A stretch of 60,292 nucleotides of DNA from Proteocatella sp. (GTDB lineage Bacteria > Bacillota > Clostridia > Peptostreptococcales > Filifactoraceae), in assembly GCA_049670425.1 (NCBI GenBank), contig JBATTG010000194.1, positions 1 to 60,292 on the forward strand. Direction: 5' to 3'. Below the pieces are notes generated by a model. The model did no database searches and was not told the origin of the DNA. It saw only the letters and a list, made by a program, of their open reading frames with translations. The position numbers and the translations under genes are program-made. This document shows, in pieces, positions 30,702-40,071 of the stretch. How positions within the stretch are numbered: the first letter of the stretch is position 1; every line of letters begins with the position of its first letter.

Positions 30702-31720
30702 TCTACCGCCTTGTCTAACTTTTTTACGCTCTGCCCCTCTAAGAGTTCATAGGAAAGTATTTTATGAACTGGAGGGCTGTTTTTTTCAATCTGGCTTATA
30801 AGTATCTCCACAGCATTTTTTGCAAGCGAGTCCTGCAACTGTCTTATTGTTGTGAGTTTTGGGTTATAGTAATTAACAAGGTCTATGCCGTCATATCCTA
30901 TTACGGATATGTCCTCTGGTATTTTGAGCCCCTGGTCAGCCATAGCCCTCATGGCGCCTATTGCCATAACGTCACTCATGGCAAAGATTGCCGTGATGGC
31001 AATTTTCTTCTCGAGCAGTCTTTTAGCCGCATCGTAGGCACTGTCAAAAGAGTATCTGGCTTTTTCATACTGAAGCTCCTGGTCGAATTCTATTTCATGC
31101 CTTTGAAGGACATTCAAGACTCCCCTCATCCTTACCTCACTGATGTTGGACTTTTCACATTTTCCGCCGATTACTCCGATTTTAGTATGACCCTTATCCA
31201 CAAGATATTCTATTGCGCACTGCACCGCTGACACGTCATCGGTTGCAACGCTTGAAAGATTGTCGAACCCAAGGTTTTCTCCATAGTTTGTAACTAGCAC
31301 TGCCGGCAGCGTTATTTTCTCAAATTCCTCCTCGAAGTTTTTAAGGTTACCACCGAGGAACATTATTCCAAGCGGCTTCTTTTCATTGCAAAATATCCTC
31401 GCTTGATGAACCTCGTTGCTGTCCTCGTCCAGATAGTTGACCACTGCGATGTAGCCCTCTTCTTCTATTTGATGCTGAATTTTCTCCAGTATTGAGTAAA
31501 ACAGGAAGTTGAATTTACCTTTTACAAAGATTCCTATTATAGTCGTGTTCTGCTGTTTAAGGTGCTTTGCATTGCTGTTTGGCACGAAGTTTCTTCGCTC
31601 TACTACTTCTTGAACCTTCTTTTTGGTAGCGTCGCTTACATCCGGGTGGCCGTTGAGCACTCTTGATACCGTGCTTACCGCGACGCCGGCTTCTTTGGCT
31701 ATATCTTTGATTGTTACCAT
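30698..31720 (-). CDS. LacI family transcriptional regulator (MalR-like)
   Basis: MVTIKDIAKEAGVAVSTVSRVLN HTH and sugar-binding domain ending IPEDISVIGYDG..PKLTTIRQ. Confidence 0.95.
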   Translation of the reverse strand: MVTIKDIAKEAGVAVSTVSRVLNGHPDVSDATKKKVQEVVERRNFVPNSNAKHLKQQNTTIIGIFVKGKFNFLFYSILEKIQHQIEEEGYIAVVNYLDEDSNEVHQARIFCNEKKPLGIMFLGGNLKNFEEEFEKITLPAVLVTNYGENLGFDNLSSVATDDVSAVQCAIEYLVDKGHTKIGVIGGKCEKSNISEVRMRGVLNVLQRHEIEFDQELQYEKARYSFDSAYDAAKRLLEKKIAITAIFAMSDVMAIGAMRAMADQGLKIPEDISVIGYDGIDLVNYYNPKLTTIRQLQDSLAKNAVEILISQIEKNSPPVHKILSYELLEGQSVKKLDKAVE

Positions 31721-31742
31721 TAATTTTCTCCCTTTAATATGT

Positions 31743-32579
31743 TTATCCTTTTACCGCTCCTGATACTACTCCCTTGATGATGTGTTTTTGCGCCGACAGA
31801 TAAAATACTACTATCGGAAGTATTGCAAGAACCAGCATTGCCATAAGCGCGCCCATGTCTCTTGAACCATATCCGCCCTGAAGATACTGAACTGCTACTG
31901 GTATGGTCTTGTATTTATTTCCTATGACAAGATAAGGAAGAAGATAGTCGTTCCATATCCACATTGCATTGAGAATCGATACTGTAATCGCCGTAGGTTT
32001 TAATATTGGGAAGACGATAAGAAAGAAGGTCTGTATCGGTGTGCATCCATCTATCATGGCTGCCTCTTCTATTTCGACAGGTATGCTTTTTATGAATCCC
32101 GTGAACATGAATACGGACAGTCCCGCTCCAAATCCCAGATATATAAGTATAAGGCCTACTGGATTGTCGATTCTCAGCACGTTTGCAGTCTTTGACATGG
32201 TGAACATTACCATTTGAAATGGCACTATCATACTGAAGGCAAAGAGATAGTAAAGACCCGTGGTCAGCTTGTTTTTCACTCTCGTTATATACCACGCTGT
32301 CATGGATGTGCACAGTGTGATTACCGACACTGAACATACGGTTATGAACATCGAGTATTTAAAGGCTGAAAAGAAATTTATTTTATTTATACCATTAACG
32401 TAATTCCTCATTCCTGCAAAAGTTTCTGCCTTGGGAAGTGCAAATGGGGCGTCTGATATGAAAAACTGCCCTTTGAATGAATTCATCAGAACAATGAATA
32501 TTGGCGCTAGAAACACTACAGATAATATTATCATCATAAAAAATATCACTTTGTTAAGATTTTTCAATTTCGCTTCCAT
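31743..32579 (-). CDS. Carbohydrate ABC transporter permease (MalG/AmyC-like)
   Basis: Multiple TMs, EAA loop IPVEIEEAAMIDGC, IWNDYLLP. Confidence 0.94.
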   Translation of the reverse strand: MEAKLKNLNKVIFFMMIILSVVFLAPIFIVLMNSFKGQFFISDAPFALPKAETFAGMRNYVNGINKINFFSAFKYSMFITVCSVSVITLCTSMTAWYITRVKNKLTTGLYYLFAFSMIVPFQMVMFTMSKTANVLRIDNPVGLILIYLGFGAGLSVFMFTGFIKSIPVEIEEAAMIDGCTPIQTFFLIVFPILKPTAITVSILNAMWIWNDYLLPYLVIGNKYKTIPVAVQYLQGGYGSRDMGALMAMLVLAILPIVVFYLSAQKHIIKGVVSGAVKG

Positions 32580-33424
32580 TAATTTTCAACTTCCTTTCTT
32601 CTTGTGATGTACAGCTGTATGAAGGCTATGGCGGCTACCATTAGAAAGAAGATAACTGCCTTGGCCTGTCCAACTCCTTCAAATCCAACTCTGCCGTAGA
32701 AGGTGTTGTAAATATCCAGAGCAAGCATAGCTGTCTGTTTCGCCGGAGCTCCTCCTGTAAGGGCAAAGTTCTGGTCAAACAGCTTGAATGAATTTGTAAG
32801 CGTAAGAAATGTACATATTGTTATAGACGGCATAACCATGGGAATCGTGATATGTTTCAGGGTCTGAAGAGGGCTTGCTCCATCTATCTGAGCCGCTTCC
32901 TTCAAATCTCCCGGTATGTTTTGTATCCCTGCAATGTATATTATCATCATATAACCTGACAGCTGCCAGTTCATAAGGACCACCAGCCCCCAGAAACCGT
33001 AGGATGCACTGAAGGTTATATCCACTCCAAATTTTATAAGCACACCATTTATTATAATCTGCCATATGTATCCGAGCACTATGCCTCCGATGAGGTTTGG
33101 CATGAAGAATACCGTCCTGAACAGATTTGTTCCCTTGACCGCTCTTGTAAGAAGCATTGCCAGTGTAAAAGCTATCAGATTTATTGAAATCACCGACACT
33201 ACTGTAAACTTCAGTGTAAACCATAATGCATTTATAAAATCCGGACTTCCCAGAAAGGCTTTCTTGTAGTTTCCAAACCCTACCCATGTCGTATTTGTCA
33301 CTGTTGTAAATTCTGTAAATGACAGGTATATTCCCATTAGGAAAGGAATCAGAAATGCTATTGCAAAGGCTATCAGCGTTGGAAGTGCAAACACTGCGAA
33401 ATATTTTTTTAAGGCTCTTTCCAT
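32579..33424 (-). CDS. Carbohydrate ABC transporter permease (MalF/AmyD-like)
   Basis: FRTVFFMPNLI, EAA loop IPGDLKEAAQIDGAS, SFKLFD..LTGGAP; start set from SD GGAGG. Confidence 0.94.
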   Translation of the reverse strand: MERALKKYFAVFALPTLIAFAIAFLIPFLMGIYLSFTEFTTVTNTTWVGFGNYKKAFLGSPDFINALWFTLKFTVVSVISINLIAFTLAMLLTRAVKGTNLFRTVFFMPNLIGGIVLGYIWQIIINGVLIKFGVDITFSASYGFWGLVVLMNWQLSGYMMIIYIAGIQNIPGDLKEAAQIDGASPLQTLKHITIPMVMPSITICTFLTLTNSFKLFDQNFALTGGAPAKQTAMLALDIYNTFYGRVGFEGVGQAKAVIFFLMVAAIAFIQLYITRRKEVEN

Positions 33425-33491
33425 GTGTTCCTCCAATATTACTCTCATTATTATTTATATTAATTCATTAGTCTTGCCACTTTTTAATAAG

Positions 33492-33517
33492 GCCCCTGCC
33501 TTTTTGCAGGCGGGGGC
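33492..33517 (-). terminator. Intra-operon stem-loop after the binding-protein gene
   Basis: GC-rich 10-bp stem with one mismatch and a weak U tract; a typical partial terminator or mRNA stabiliser in ABC operons. Confidence 0.55.
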
Positions 33518-33550
33518 TCATTTTATATTCAAATTATTTTTTTGTATTTA

Positions 33551-34897
33551 TTACATTCCGCTCTCAGCTTTCCAGTCTGTTACTACATTTGTAACCACTG
33601 TCTCCCAAGGCATAGTTCCCTGAGCATACTGAAGAAGTGATGCCCCGAAGTTGTCCTTGAATGCCTGGCTTGGGAATACTGTAAAGTTCCATGCTACTGA
33701 AGTTGTTCCTTCTTTTTCCATCCATCTTATTACTTCTTTTGCAAGTGGATCTGCTGGTTTCTCAGTATCAGTGAATGTATCAAAAGGTGCTATGAAGTTA
33801 AGTTTCTCGATAACGAACTGCTTTCCAGTTTCACTTGAGTATAACCAGTAGATAAAGTCTTCTGCAAGCTTCTGGTCTTCTTCTGAAGCCTGTGAGTTTA
33901 CTGCAAAGAAGTTCTCAGTTCCAGTACATAGTCCCTGCTCCTCTTCGCCTTCCATACCAGTGTATATCGGCATGAACTTGATATCTTGCTCTGCTACAAC
34001 GTTTCCTTCAACCTGGCTTATCTGAGACCATGCCCAGTTTCCATTTTGAACGAAAGCGCATTGTCCAAGCGCAAACTCTGCCATTGAATCTGAAACCTGC
34101 TTGCTTCCAAGAAGTTTTCGCTCTGTTGTTGAATTGTTGATATAAAGGTCGAATATGTTCTTGTAGTTGTCTGCATACTCGAATTTTATTTCCTTTGTAG
34201 CATCGCTTGCAAGGTCAACATCGTTGTTTTTGAATTCATAGTATACTGGGATGTTTGCAAGATGTGTCTGCCATCTCCAGTCCTCGCCCGGCTTAAGTGA
34301 AGTACTTGCAAATACTCCCTTGATTCCAAGTTCGTCTTTTTTGGCGCTCATGTCTTCAGCTACTGCCTTTAAAGTTGCGAAGTTGTTTATCTCGTCCATG
34401 GAAGTCGCTTTTGCTCCTGCTGTTGCAAAATATTTGTCCATGATTGCATTGTTGTATATTATGCCGTATCCTTCAACTACGTAAGGTATTCCGTATACGC
34501 CTTCTCCATCAGTCACTGCAAGGCTCTTGTCAGTAAGGTGGCTGTAAAGCTCTGTGTCGCTGAGATCAGCGCAGTAATCCTTCCAGCTTGCGTACCCTTT
34601 AGGTCCGTTTATCTGGAACAGTGTAGGCGCCTCTGCTTTCGCTATTTCTGATTTCAAGGTCTGCTCATAGGTTCCTGACGCAGCTGTTATAACGTTAAGT
34701 TTGACTCCTGTTTCAGCTTCATAGGCTGCTGAAATCTCGTCATATACCTCAGCTATTTCCGGCTTGAAATTTAAGTAATATATTTCACCTGACCCTTTTG
34801 GCGTTTCTTCTGTTGTTGATGTTCCCCCACAGGCCACTAATGATAATGACATGGCTGCTGTAAGTAAAAGCGCTGATATTCTTTTCATTCTTTTCAT
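33551..34897 (-). CDS. Maltodextrin-type ABC substrate-binding lipoprotein
   Basis: Lipobox LVAC; YYLNFKPE, TAASGTYEQTLKSE, PTLFQINGP and QNGNWAW motifs of SBP family 1. Confidence 0.92.
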   Translation of the reverse strand: MKRMKRISALLLTAAMSLSLVACGGTSTTEETPKGSGEIYYLNFKPEIAEVYDEISAAYEAETGVKLNVITAASGTYEQTLKSEIAKAEAPTLFQINGPKGYASWKDYCADLSDTELYSHLTDKSLAVTDGEGVYGIPYVVEGYGIIYNNAIMDKYFATAGAKATSMDEINNFATLKAVAEDMSAKKDELGIKGVFASTSLKPGEDWRWQTHLANIPVYYEFKNNDVDLASDATKEIKFEYADNYKNIFDLYINNSTTERKLLGSKQVSDSMAEFALGQCAFVQNGNWAWSQISQVEGNVVAEQDIKFMPIYTGMEGEEEQGLCTGTENFFAVNSQASEEDQKLAEDFIYWLYSSETGKQFVIEKLNFIAPFDTFTDTEKPADPLAKEVIRWMEKEGTTSVAWNFTVFPSQAFKDNFGASLLQYAQGTMPWETVVTNVVTDWKAESGM

Positions 34898-34930
34898 TTT
34901 TTCCCCTCCCATAAATTAAGTTCCAAGTTT

Positions 34931-34958
34931 CAGGAAACGTTACTGGAAACGTTTCCTG
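34931..34958. promoter_or_regulatory. Tandem LacI-family operators
   Basis: Perfect palindrome GGAAACGTTTCC (34945-34956) next to the near-copy GGAAACGTTACT (34933-34944), both CG-centred, between the promoter and the first gene of the LacI-containing operon. Confidence 0.8.
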
Positions 34959-34972
34959 TTATGTATGGATAC

Positions 34973-35002
34973 ATTATACTATCGTTTTCCTCAAAAAGTC
35001 AA
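34973..35002 (-). promoter_or_regulatory. SigA promoter of the mal operon
   Basis: Minus strand TTGACT-N18-TATAAT. Confidence 0.65.
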
Positions 35003-35127
35003 CCACTTTTTTGTAATTTCAGAATTTTCATTCTTACTTTTGGAAAACCCTTTCTGATTTATACCCCCAGGATTCTTTATTAATCATCTACTGAGGCAAT
35101 ACTGTTCCCACCATCCATTTTTTTTGC

Positions 35128-35168
35128 AAAAAAAAACTGCAGGCACAAAGATTTCTTTGCACTTGCAG
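35128..35168 (-). terminator. Terminator after the flavin reductase-like gene
   Basis: Imperfect CTGCA..CAAAG/CTTTG..TGCAG stem followed by a long T run on the minus strand. Confidence 0.7.
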
Positions 35169-35184
35169 CTTTATAATTTCAGGT

Positions 35185-35985
35185 TTATTTCTTTTTCATG
35201 TAGCTGTATTTATCCTTGCTGTTTTTTCTGTTTTTCGCACTGTTCGGATTGTTTACAACCACAGTTTTCGGTCCATCTTCACTTTTAGGCTTGCTTGACC
35301 TTGCGTTTTTTCTTGCTTCAGCGAACTTTGATGATGGCTTGTTTGGGCCCTTAGCCTGCATAGGCTTTCCGCTTCTTCCAACAGCTGACTTCTTGTTTGT
35401 GCTGTCGCTGGTGTTTCTGATATTTACTCTTTTTTTGTTTACTGAGAATCCAAACTTTCCAAGATTTCTTCCAAGTTCGAAGTACTCTCCGTGAAGGTAT
35501 GTTATCAGCTCTGCCTTATCCAGACAGATTTTACCGTTATGGTTGATGATAGATTCTTCTACATTGATGGCTACAATTTCTGCCAGGAACATATGATGAC
35601 TTCCCAGTTTGATTATATCTTTTACCTTACATTCGATAGATACTGGACTCTCCTTGATTGCAGGCGCTGTTATATGCTTGCTCTCCTGGTATCTGAATTC
35701 ACATTTTTCGGCCTTGTTGTTTCGCTCTCCACTTACCACACCACAGAAGTCTGCAGTATGAACAAGATCTCTGGTCGTAAGGTTTATTACAAAACATCCT
35801 TCTTTTTTTATAAGGTCATAAGAATGTCTCTCTGGTCTGATTGAAATGTATGTCATTGGTGGTTTTGTATTTACGATTCCTGTCCATGCTACGGTCATTA
35901 CATTGGGATTTTTCATATCTCCGCATGATACCATTACTGCCGGTACTGGTGCAAAAAGGGTTCCTGCTTTAAATTCTCTTTTCAT
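35185..35985 (-). CDS. Flavin reductase-like (flavoredoxin/DIM6-NTAB) protein with a basic C-terminal tail
   Basis: [59 protein letters not shown]. Confidence 0.88.
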   Translation of the reverse strand: MKREFKAGTLFAPVPAVMVSCGDMKNPNVMTVAWTGIVNTKPPMTYISIRPERHSYDLIKKEGCFVINLTTRDLVHTADFCGVVSGERNNKAEKCEFRYQESKHITAPAIKESPVSIECKVKDIIKLGSHHMFLAEIVAINVEESIINHNGKICLDKAELITYLHGEYFELGRNLGKFGFSVNKKRVNIRNTSDSTNKKSAVGRSGKPMQAKGPNKPSSKFAEARKNARSSKPKSEDGPKTVVVNNPNSAKNRKNSKDKYSYMKKK

Positions 35986-36031
35986 ATTTTCTCCTTGTTT
36001 TTTCATTATATAGCTTTAAATTCTATAAGAT

Positions 36032-36075
36032 AAAAAACCATCAGGTGAGCGCTGATAAAGCCTCGCTGATGGTTT
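36032..36075 (-). terminator. Terminator after tRNA-Ser
   Basis: AAACCATCAG...CTGATGGTTT stem with a T tract. Confidence 0.75.
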
Positions 36076-36082
36076 CTCTAAT

Positions 36083-36172
36083 TGGCGGAGAGAGGGGGAT
36101 TCGAACCCCCGATACAGTTACCCGTATACACGCTTTCCAGGCGTGCTCCTTAAGCCACTCGGACACCTCTCC
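36083..36172 (-). tRNA. tRNA-Ser(GGA)
   Basis: GGAGAGGTGTCCGAGTGGCTTAAGGAG-CACGC-CT-GGA-AA-GCGTG, long variable arm, GGGGGTTCGAATCCCCC T arm, G discriminator and encoded CCA. Confidence 0.97.
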
Positions 36173-36238
36173 ATCTTATAATGTTCAGTTACCAAGCTAT
36201 TATATCACAAATCAGGGAATTCATCAAGCATGTAAAGC

Positions 36239-37114
36239 TTAATTCTTTTTGTGATTTTCAAATATCTTATATTTTTTTGGGGAAGCCTGTTTAAGGGACT
36301 CAAAGAAAGTCACCACTTTGCCCAGATATGGCAGTTCAGATCCTATATACATTTTTGTAATTTCTTCTATTTCAAGTCCCACGGCGCACTTTGGATCGTG
36401 AATTTCACAGTGACGGCATCTGCCAAGGGCCGTGCTGAGCTTCTGGGTAAAATAGGTGCTGCGGTTTATCGTATTTGCCCTGAGTATTATATATATAAGC
36501 GTTCCCAGAATCATCGCAAACGCTGCCATGCTAACTGGGGTCATATAGGATTTTGGCATAGCGGCGTACAGTCCGGCGACTCCAAATCCCAGAAATACGA
36601 ATGAAGATATGAATTTCATGGTGACTTCCGGTATTTTCTTTCCTATAAGTTTTCCTGCGATTATTCCTATCGAGCTTACGGCTACCATGCCGGCTGTCGT
36701 TCCCATAAGCGTAATGGATGGACTTGCAGAATCCAGGCCAAGAGCCATAGCTGTCATTTGGGTCTTGTCACCAAGTTCCCCTATGAAGAATGCTACCGCT
36801 ACGGTGATTATCGGTCCAAATTTGAACTTTTCATTTTCTTCTTCGTCATCTTCAAATTCCAGCTTCATGGACCAAAATCCAAAACCTATGAAAAGCAGGG
36901 CTGCGAAGATTTTGATGTTGACTCCTGATGCCATCCCTGCTACAAAGGACGCCAGCGCAATGGCTATTCCATGGTTCAAAAAAGCTCCAATCATTACTCC
37001 TGCAAGAACCTGTTTCACTTTGAACTTCGTTGAAAATGCAAGCGCCAGAAGCTGGGTCTTGTCTCCCATTTCGGCTAAAAAAACTAATAAAAACGCTGTT
37101 AAAAAAGTAGTCAT
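36239..37114 (-). CDS. TMEM165/GDT1 (UPF0016) cation (Mn2+/Ca2+) transporter
   Basis: Two copies of the family motif, LAEMGDKTQ and IGELGDKTQ, separated by an acidic loop. Confidence 0.93.
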   Translation of the reverse strand: MTTFLTAFLLVFLAEMGDKTQLLALAFSTKFKVKQVLAGVMIGAFLNHGIAIALASFVAGMASGVNIKIFAALLFIGFGFWSMKLEFEDDEEENEKFKFGPIITVAVAFFIGELGDKTQMTAMALGLDSASPSITLMGTTAGMVAVSSIGIIAGKLIGKKIPEVTMKFISSFVFLGFGVAGLYAAMPKSYMTPVSMAAFAMILGTLIYIILRANTINRSTYFTQKLSTALGRCRHCEIHDPKCAVGLEIEEITKMYIGSELPYLGKVVTFFESLKQASPKKYKIFENHKKN

Positions 37115-37125
37115 ATATTTCTCCT

Positions 37126-39597
37126 TCAATTGTTATTATGCCAGAAGCTTTGAAGTTCTTGGCTTATATTTTTTAGGTCTATCCGTCGGCAGGGGTACCA
37201 GTCCTTGGGTAGCAGCCTCTGATACTGGGCCTCCATGTACCTTTCATCTATGAGAAGTATCACGCCCTTGTCGTGCATGGTTCTTATGAGCCTTCCCGAG
37301 GACTGGAGCACCTTGTTTATCCCGGGGTAGGTATAGGCGTATTCAAAGCCCTTGTCCTTCTTTTCTTTGAAATAACGGTTTATTATCTCGCGCTCGAGGC
37401 ACACCTGCGGAAGCCCGACGCCTACTATCGCGACTCCTATGAGCCTTTCACCCTTGAGGTCTATTCCTTCTGAAAAAACGCCTCCCATCACGCAAAAAGC
37501 TACATGCGTCTTTTCCGGGTTTTCTTCGAAGCGCTGGAGGAATTCTTCTCTTTCTTCCTGGCTCATATCGCCCTTTTGCCTGAACAGGGCTTTCTCCTTT
37601 GTGCACCGCAGGTTTTGCTGCAAAGCTTCTTCGCAGGTTAGCATTTCAAGGTCTTCGTCTGCTACGGCCTCTTCTTCGAGATATTTTTGGGCGTAGAGCT
37701 CGTAAACGGTGTTCATGTATTTATATGAGGGGAAGAAAATCATATAGTTGCCCTTCCTGGCAGATGTCATAAGGTCTATATAATCGGCTACTTTTTCATA
37801 GCTGTACTGCCTGTTTCTATATTTTGTGGACACGTCCGGTGCTATGAGTATTTTTCGGTTCTGCGGATCAAAGGGACTTTCAAATGAGGCTATAGCATTT
37901 TCCTCATTATATCCTAGGAGGCCTGTAAAATAATCCGTCGGTATCAGGGTAGCTGAAAAAAACACGGTGCTCCTTCCCTGACTTATGGCCGCTTTTATCT
38001 TATCCGAGGGGTCCAGGCAGTACAGTTTCAGCTTGAAATTTGGACTTTCTTCCATATACATCAGGTAACTGTCATCAAACAGCTCTATGGTCTTTTGAAA
38101 CCTCATCACATCAAAGTAAAGCTCTGTCAGTTTTTCACTTTTTTCATCCTGATTGTTTTCGAGAAGGTATTCCTCTATGCTTTTGTTGAATTTTCTAAGT
38201 TCTTCACTGGTTTTTTCCGGTATTTCCGATTCTATGCAGCTTTCTTTTGGTTCGCCGCTGGCTTCATCTATGAGGTATTTCTTTTTCATCCGATTTATAA
38301 AACTGGCAAGTTTTTTGAGTGCGGCTTCGACTTCTTTATCGGAATTTTTGAAGAGTTTTCGAAGCTCCTTTACAGGGTTTTCTTCAAGCTGCGCCGAGTA
38401 CATTTCTCTTGCACGCTCTGGAAGATTGTGGGCTTCATCTACGAGAAAGGTGTAGTTGTTTTGAACGAGTTCGGCTCCAAACATCCTTTTGAGGGCTACA
38501 TTTGGGTCAAAGAGATAGTTATAGTCGCATATTATTATGTCGGCTTCCATTGCAATATCGAGCTGGAATTCGAAGGGACATATGGTGTGGCTTTTTGCAT
38601 ATTTATCCACAGTTTCCTTGCCTAGTTTGTCCTCTTTTTGAAGAATTTCCTCCACGGCTTTTCGGCGTCTGTCAAAATAGCCTTTTGCATAGGGGCAGTA
38701 CTGCGGAATGCAGTTGGTCTTTTCCATGAAGCACATCTTGTCTTTGGCGGTGATAGTCAGGCATTTGAGCCTGGCGCCATTTTGGGATATGAGCTCGACC
38801 GTATCTTCTGCCACCTTCCTTATGGTGGTCTTGGAGGTAAGGTAAAATATCTTTTCGCCATTCTCATGCCCCATGTATTTGAGGCTTGGAAATATCGTGG
38901 ATATGGTCTTGCCTATCCCTGTTGGAGCCTGGAGATAGATGGTATTTTGATTTTTAAGGTTTTTGTATACCGTCACCGCCATCTCCCTCTGATTCTTTCG
39001 ATAATCCGGGAAGGGAAATGCAAGTTCCTTGAGGCTGTCGTTTCTTGTGGTTTGCCAGGCATTTGTAAATCTCAGTTTTTTTTCAAAGGCTCTTGTAAGC
39101 TTTTTGAAAAATTCTTCGAGCTGCTCTAATTCGTAGGTGTTTTCAAACAGTTTTACTTCTTCGGTTATTACATGGCAGTAAGTCACTCTTATATTTATTT
39201 TTGATATTTGATTTTGAAGCGCGTAAATATAGCCATAGCATTTTGCCTGGGCTGAGTGTATCTGTTTTTCATCGTCTATCATATCCAGTGGTCTTTTTGT
39301 AGTTTTTATTTCATCTATGGTTATCTGCTCTTCTTTACCCAGAGTTTTTTCAGTTATTATGCCGTCGGCTCTTCCCTGTATCAGGAGCGAAAAATCTTCA
39401 TATTCTTGCATATAGGACAGCGTAACCTCGCTCTTGTAATTGTCCCCTGCTTTTTTTTGAAGTTTTTTGTGCAGTCTTATGCCATCCATGGCGCTTGCGT
39501 TTGTGGTGAATCTGCTGTCTATGTCCCCTGTCAGCATGGTATAGTTTACCAGCTCTTTGACGGATACTTTGTAGCTTGTTTTATTTCCTTTTTCCAT
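37126..39597 (-). CDS. DinG/Rad3/XPD-family Fe-S DNA helicase with an N-terminal PD-(D/E)XK nuclease-like domain
   Basis: N-terminal GRADGI...IDEIKTT...QAKCYGY; APTGIGKT, Fe-S cysteines (C..C..CP...CPFE), DYNYLFDP, VDEAHNL, FSATL, FSEGIDL, GRLIR. Confidence 0.92.
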   Translation of the reverse strand: MEKGNKTSYKVSVKELVNYTMLTGDIDSRFTTNASAMDGIRLHKKLQKKAGDNYKSEVTLSYMQEYEDFSLLIQGRADGIITEKTLGKEEQITIDEIKTTKRPLDMIDDEKQIHSAQAKCYGYIYALQNQISKINIRVTYCHVITEEVKLFENTYELEQLEEFFKKLTRAFEKKLRFTNAWQTTRNDSLKELAFPFPDYRKNQREMAVTVYKNLKNQNTIYLQAPTGIGKTISTIFPSLKYMGHENGEKIFYLTSKTTIRKVAEDTVELISQNGARLKCLTITAKDKMCFMEKTNCIPQYCPYAKGYFDRRRKAVEEILQKEDKLGKETVDKYAKSHTICPFEFQLDIAMEADIIICDYNYLFDPNVALKRMFGAELVQNNYTFLVDEAHNLPERAREMYSAQLEENPVKELRKLFKNSDKEVEAALKKLASFINRMKKKYLIDEASGEPKESCIESEIPEKTSEELRKFNKSIEEYLLENNQDEKSEKLTELYFDVMRFQKTIELFDDSYLMYMEESPNFKLKLYCLDPSDKIKAAISQGRSTVFFSATLIPTDYFTGLLGYNEENAIASFESPFDPQNRKILIAPDVSTKYRNRQYSYEKVADYIDLMTSARKGNYMIFFPSYKYMNTVYELYAQKYLEEEAVADEDLEMLTCEEALQQNLRCTKEKALFRQKGDMSQEEREEFLQRFEENPEKTHVAFCVMGGVFSEGIDLKGERLIGVAIVGVGLPQVCLEREIINRYFKEKKDKGFEYAYTYPGINKVLQSSGRLIRTMHDKGVILLIDERYMEAQYQRLLPKDWYPCRRIDLKNISQELQSFWHNNN

Positions 39598-39644
39598 AAT
39601 TTCTCCAAACAACGAATCTTTTCAATAGGTTTTTATTATACTAC

Positions 39645-39688
39645 AAAAAAAGCAGCTTACATATATCTACATATGCTTTAGCTGCTTT
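39645..39688 (-). terminator. Terminator after the BlaI-family gene
   Basis: AAAGCAGCT...AGCTGCTTT stem with a T7 run on the minus strand. Confidence 0.65.
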
Positions 39689-39708
39689 AAGTTACATATT
39701 CTATATTT

Positions 39709-40071
39709 TTAATAAATATCTTTTTCTCTTATTATATCCTTGAGTGTCTGCAGTTCTTCGGTTTTAAGGTCTGCATTTTTCAAGTAAGTTTCAAAAAAAT
39801 TATTTAGCGATCCATTGTACATTTTTTCTATATGCACATCAGATTCAATCATTTGAACATCATTCTTTGAAAGCTTTGAAGTCAGTACCGTTCTTTGCTT
39901 GTTTAGAACCCCTCTGTCAACAAGCCGTCTTATTACTGTATATGTAGTTGATTTGTTCCACTCTAGTACATCCGTGCATATTTTTGATAATTCCCCGGTT
40001 CCGATTGGCTCTTTTTCCCACAAAACCTGCATCATCCTTAATTCTGCATCAAATATTTTTACTTTTTCCAT
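39709..40071 (-). CDS. BlaI/MecI/CopY family repressor
   Basis: FDAELRMMQVLWEKEP, WNKSTTYTVIRRLVDRG, MYNGSL, EELQTLKDII. Confidence 0.9.
   Translation of the reverse strand: MEKVKIFDAELRMMQVLWEKEPIGTGELSKICTDVLEWNKSTTYTVIRRLVDRGVLNKQRTVLTSKLSKNDVQMIESDVHIEKMYNGSLNNFFETYLKNADLKTEELQTLKDIIREKDIY

Noticed and set aside
36083..36172. tRNA-Ser as a possible integration site for an island
   Set aside because: No integrase nearby, I saw no duplicate of the tRNA 3' end, and the flanking genes are ordinary.
39000..39597. Cas4 / CRISPR-associated DinG (type IV) interpretation of the nuclease-helicase
   Set aside because: No CRISPR array or other cas genes in the window, and the nuclease domain lacks the Cas4 four-cysteine pattern.
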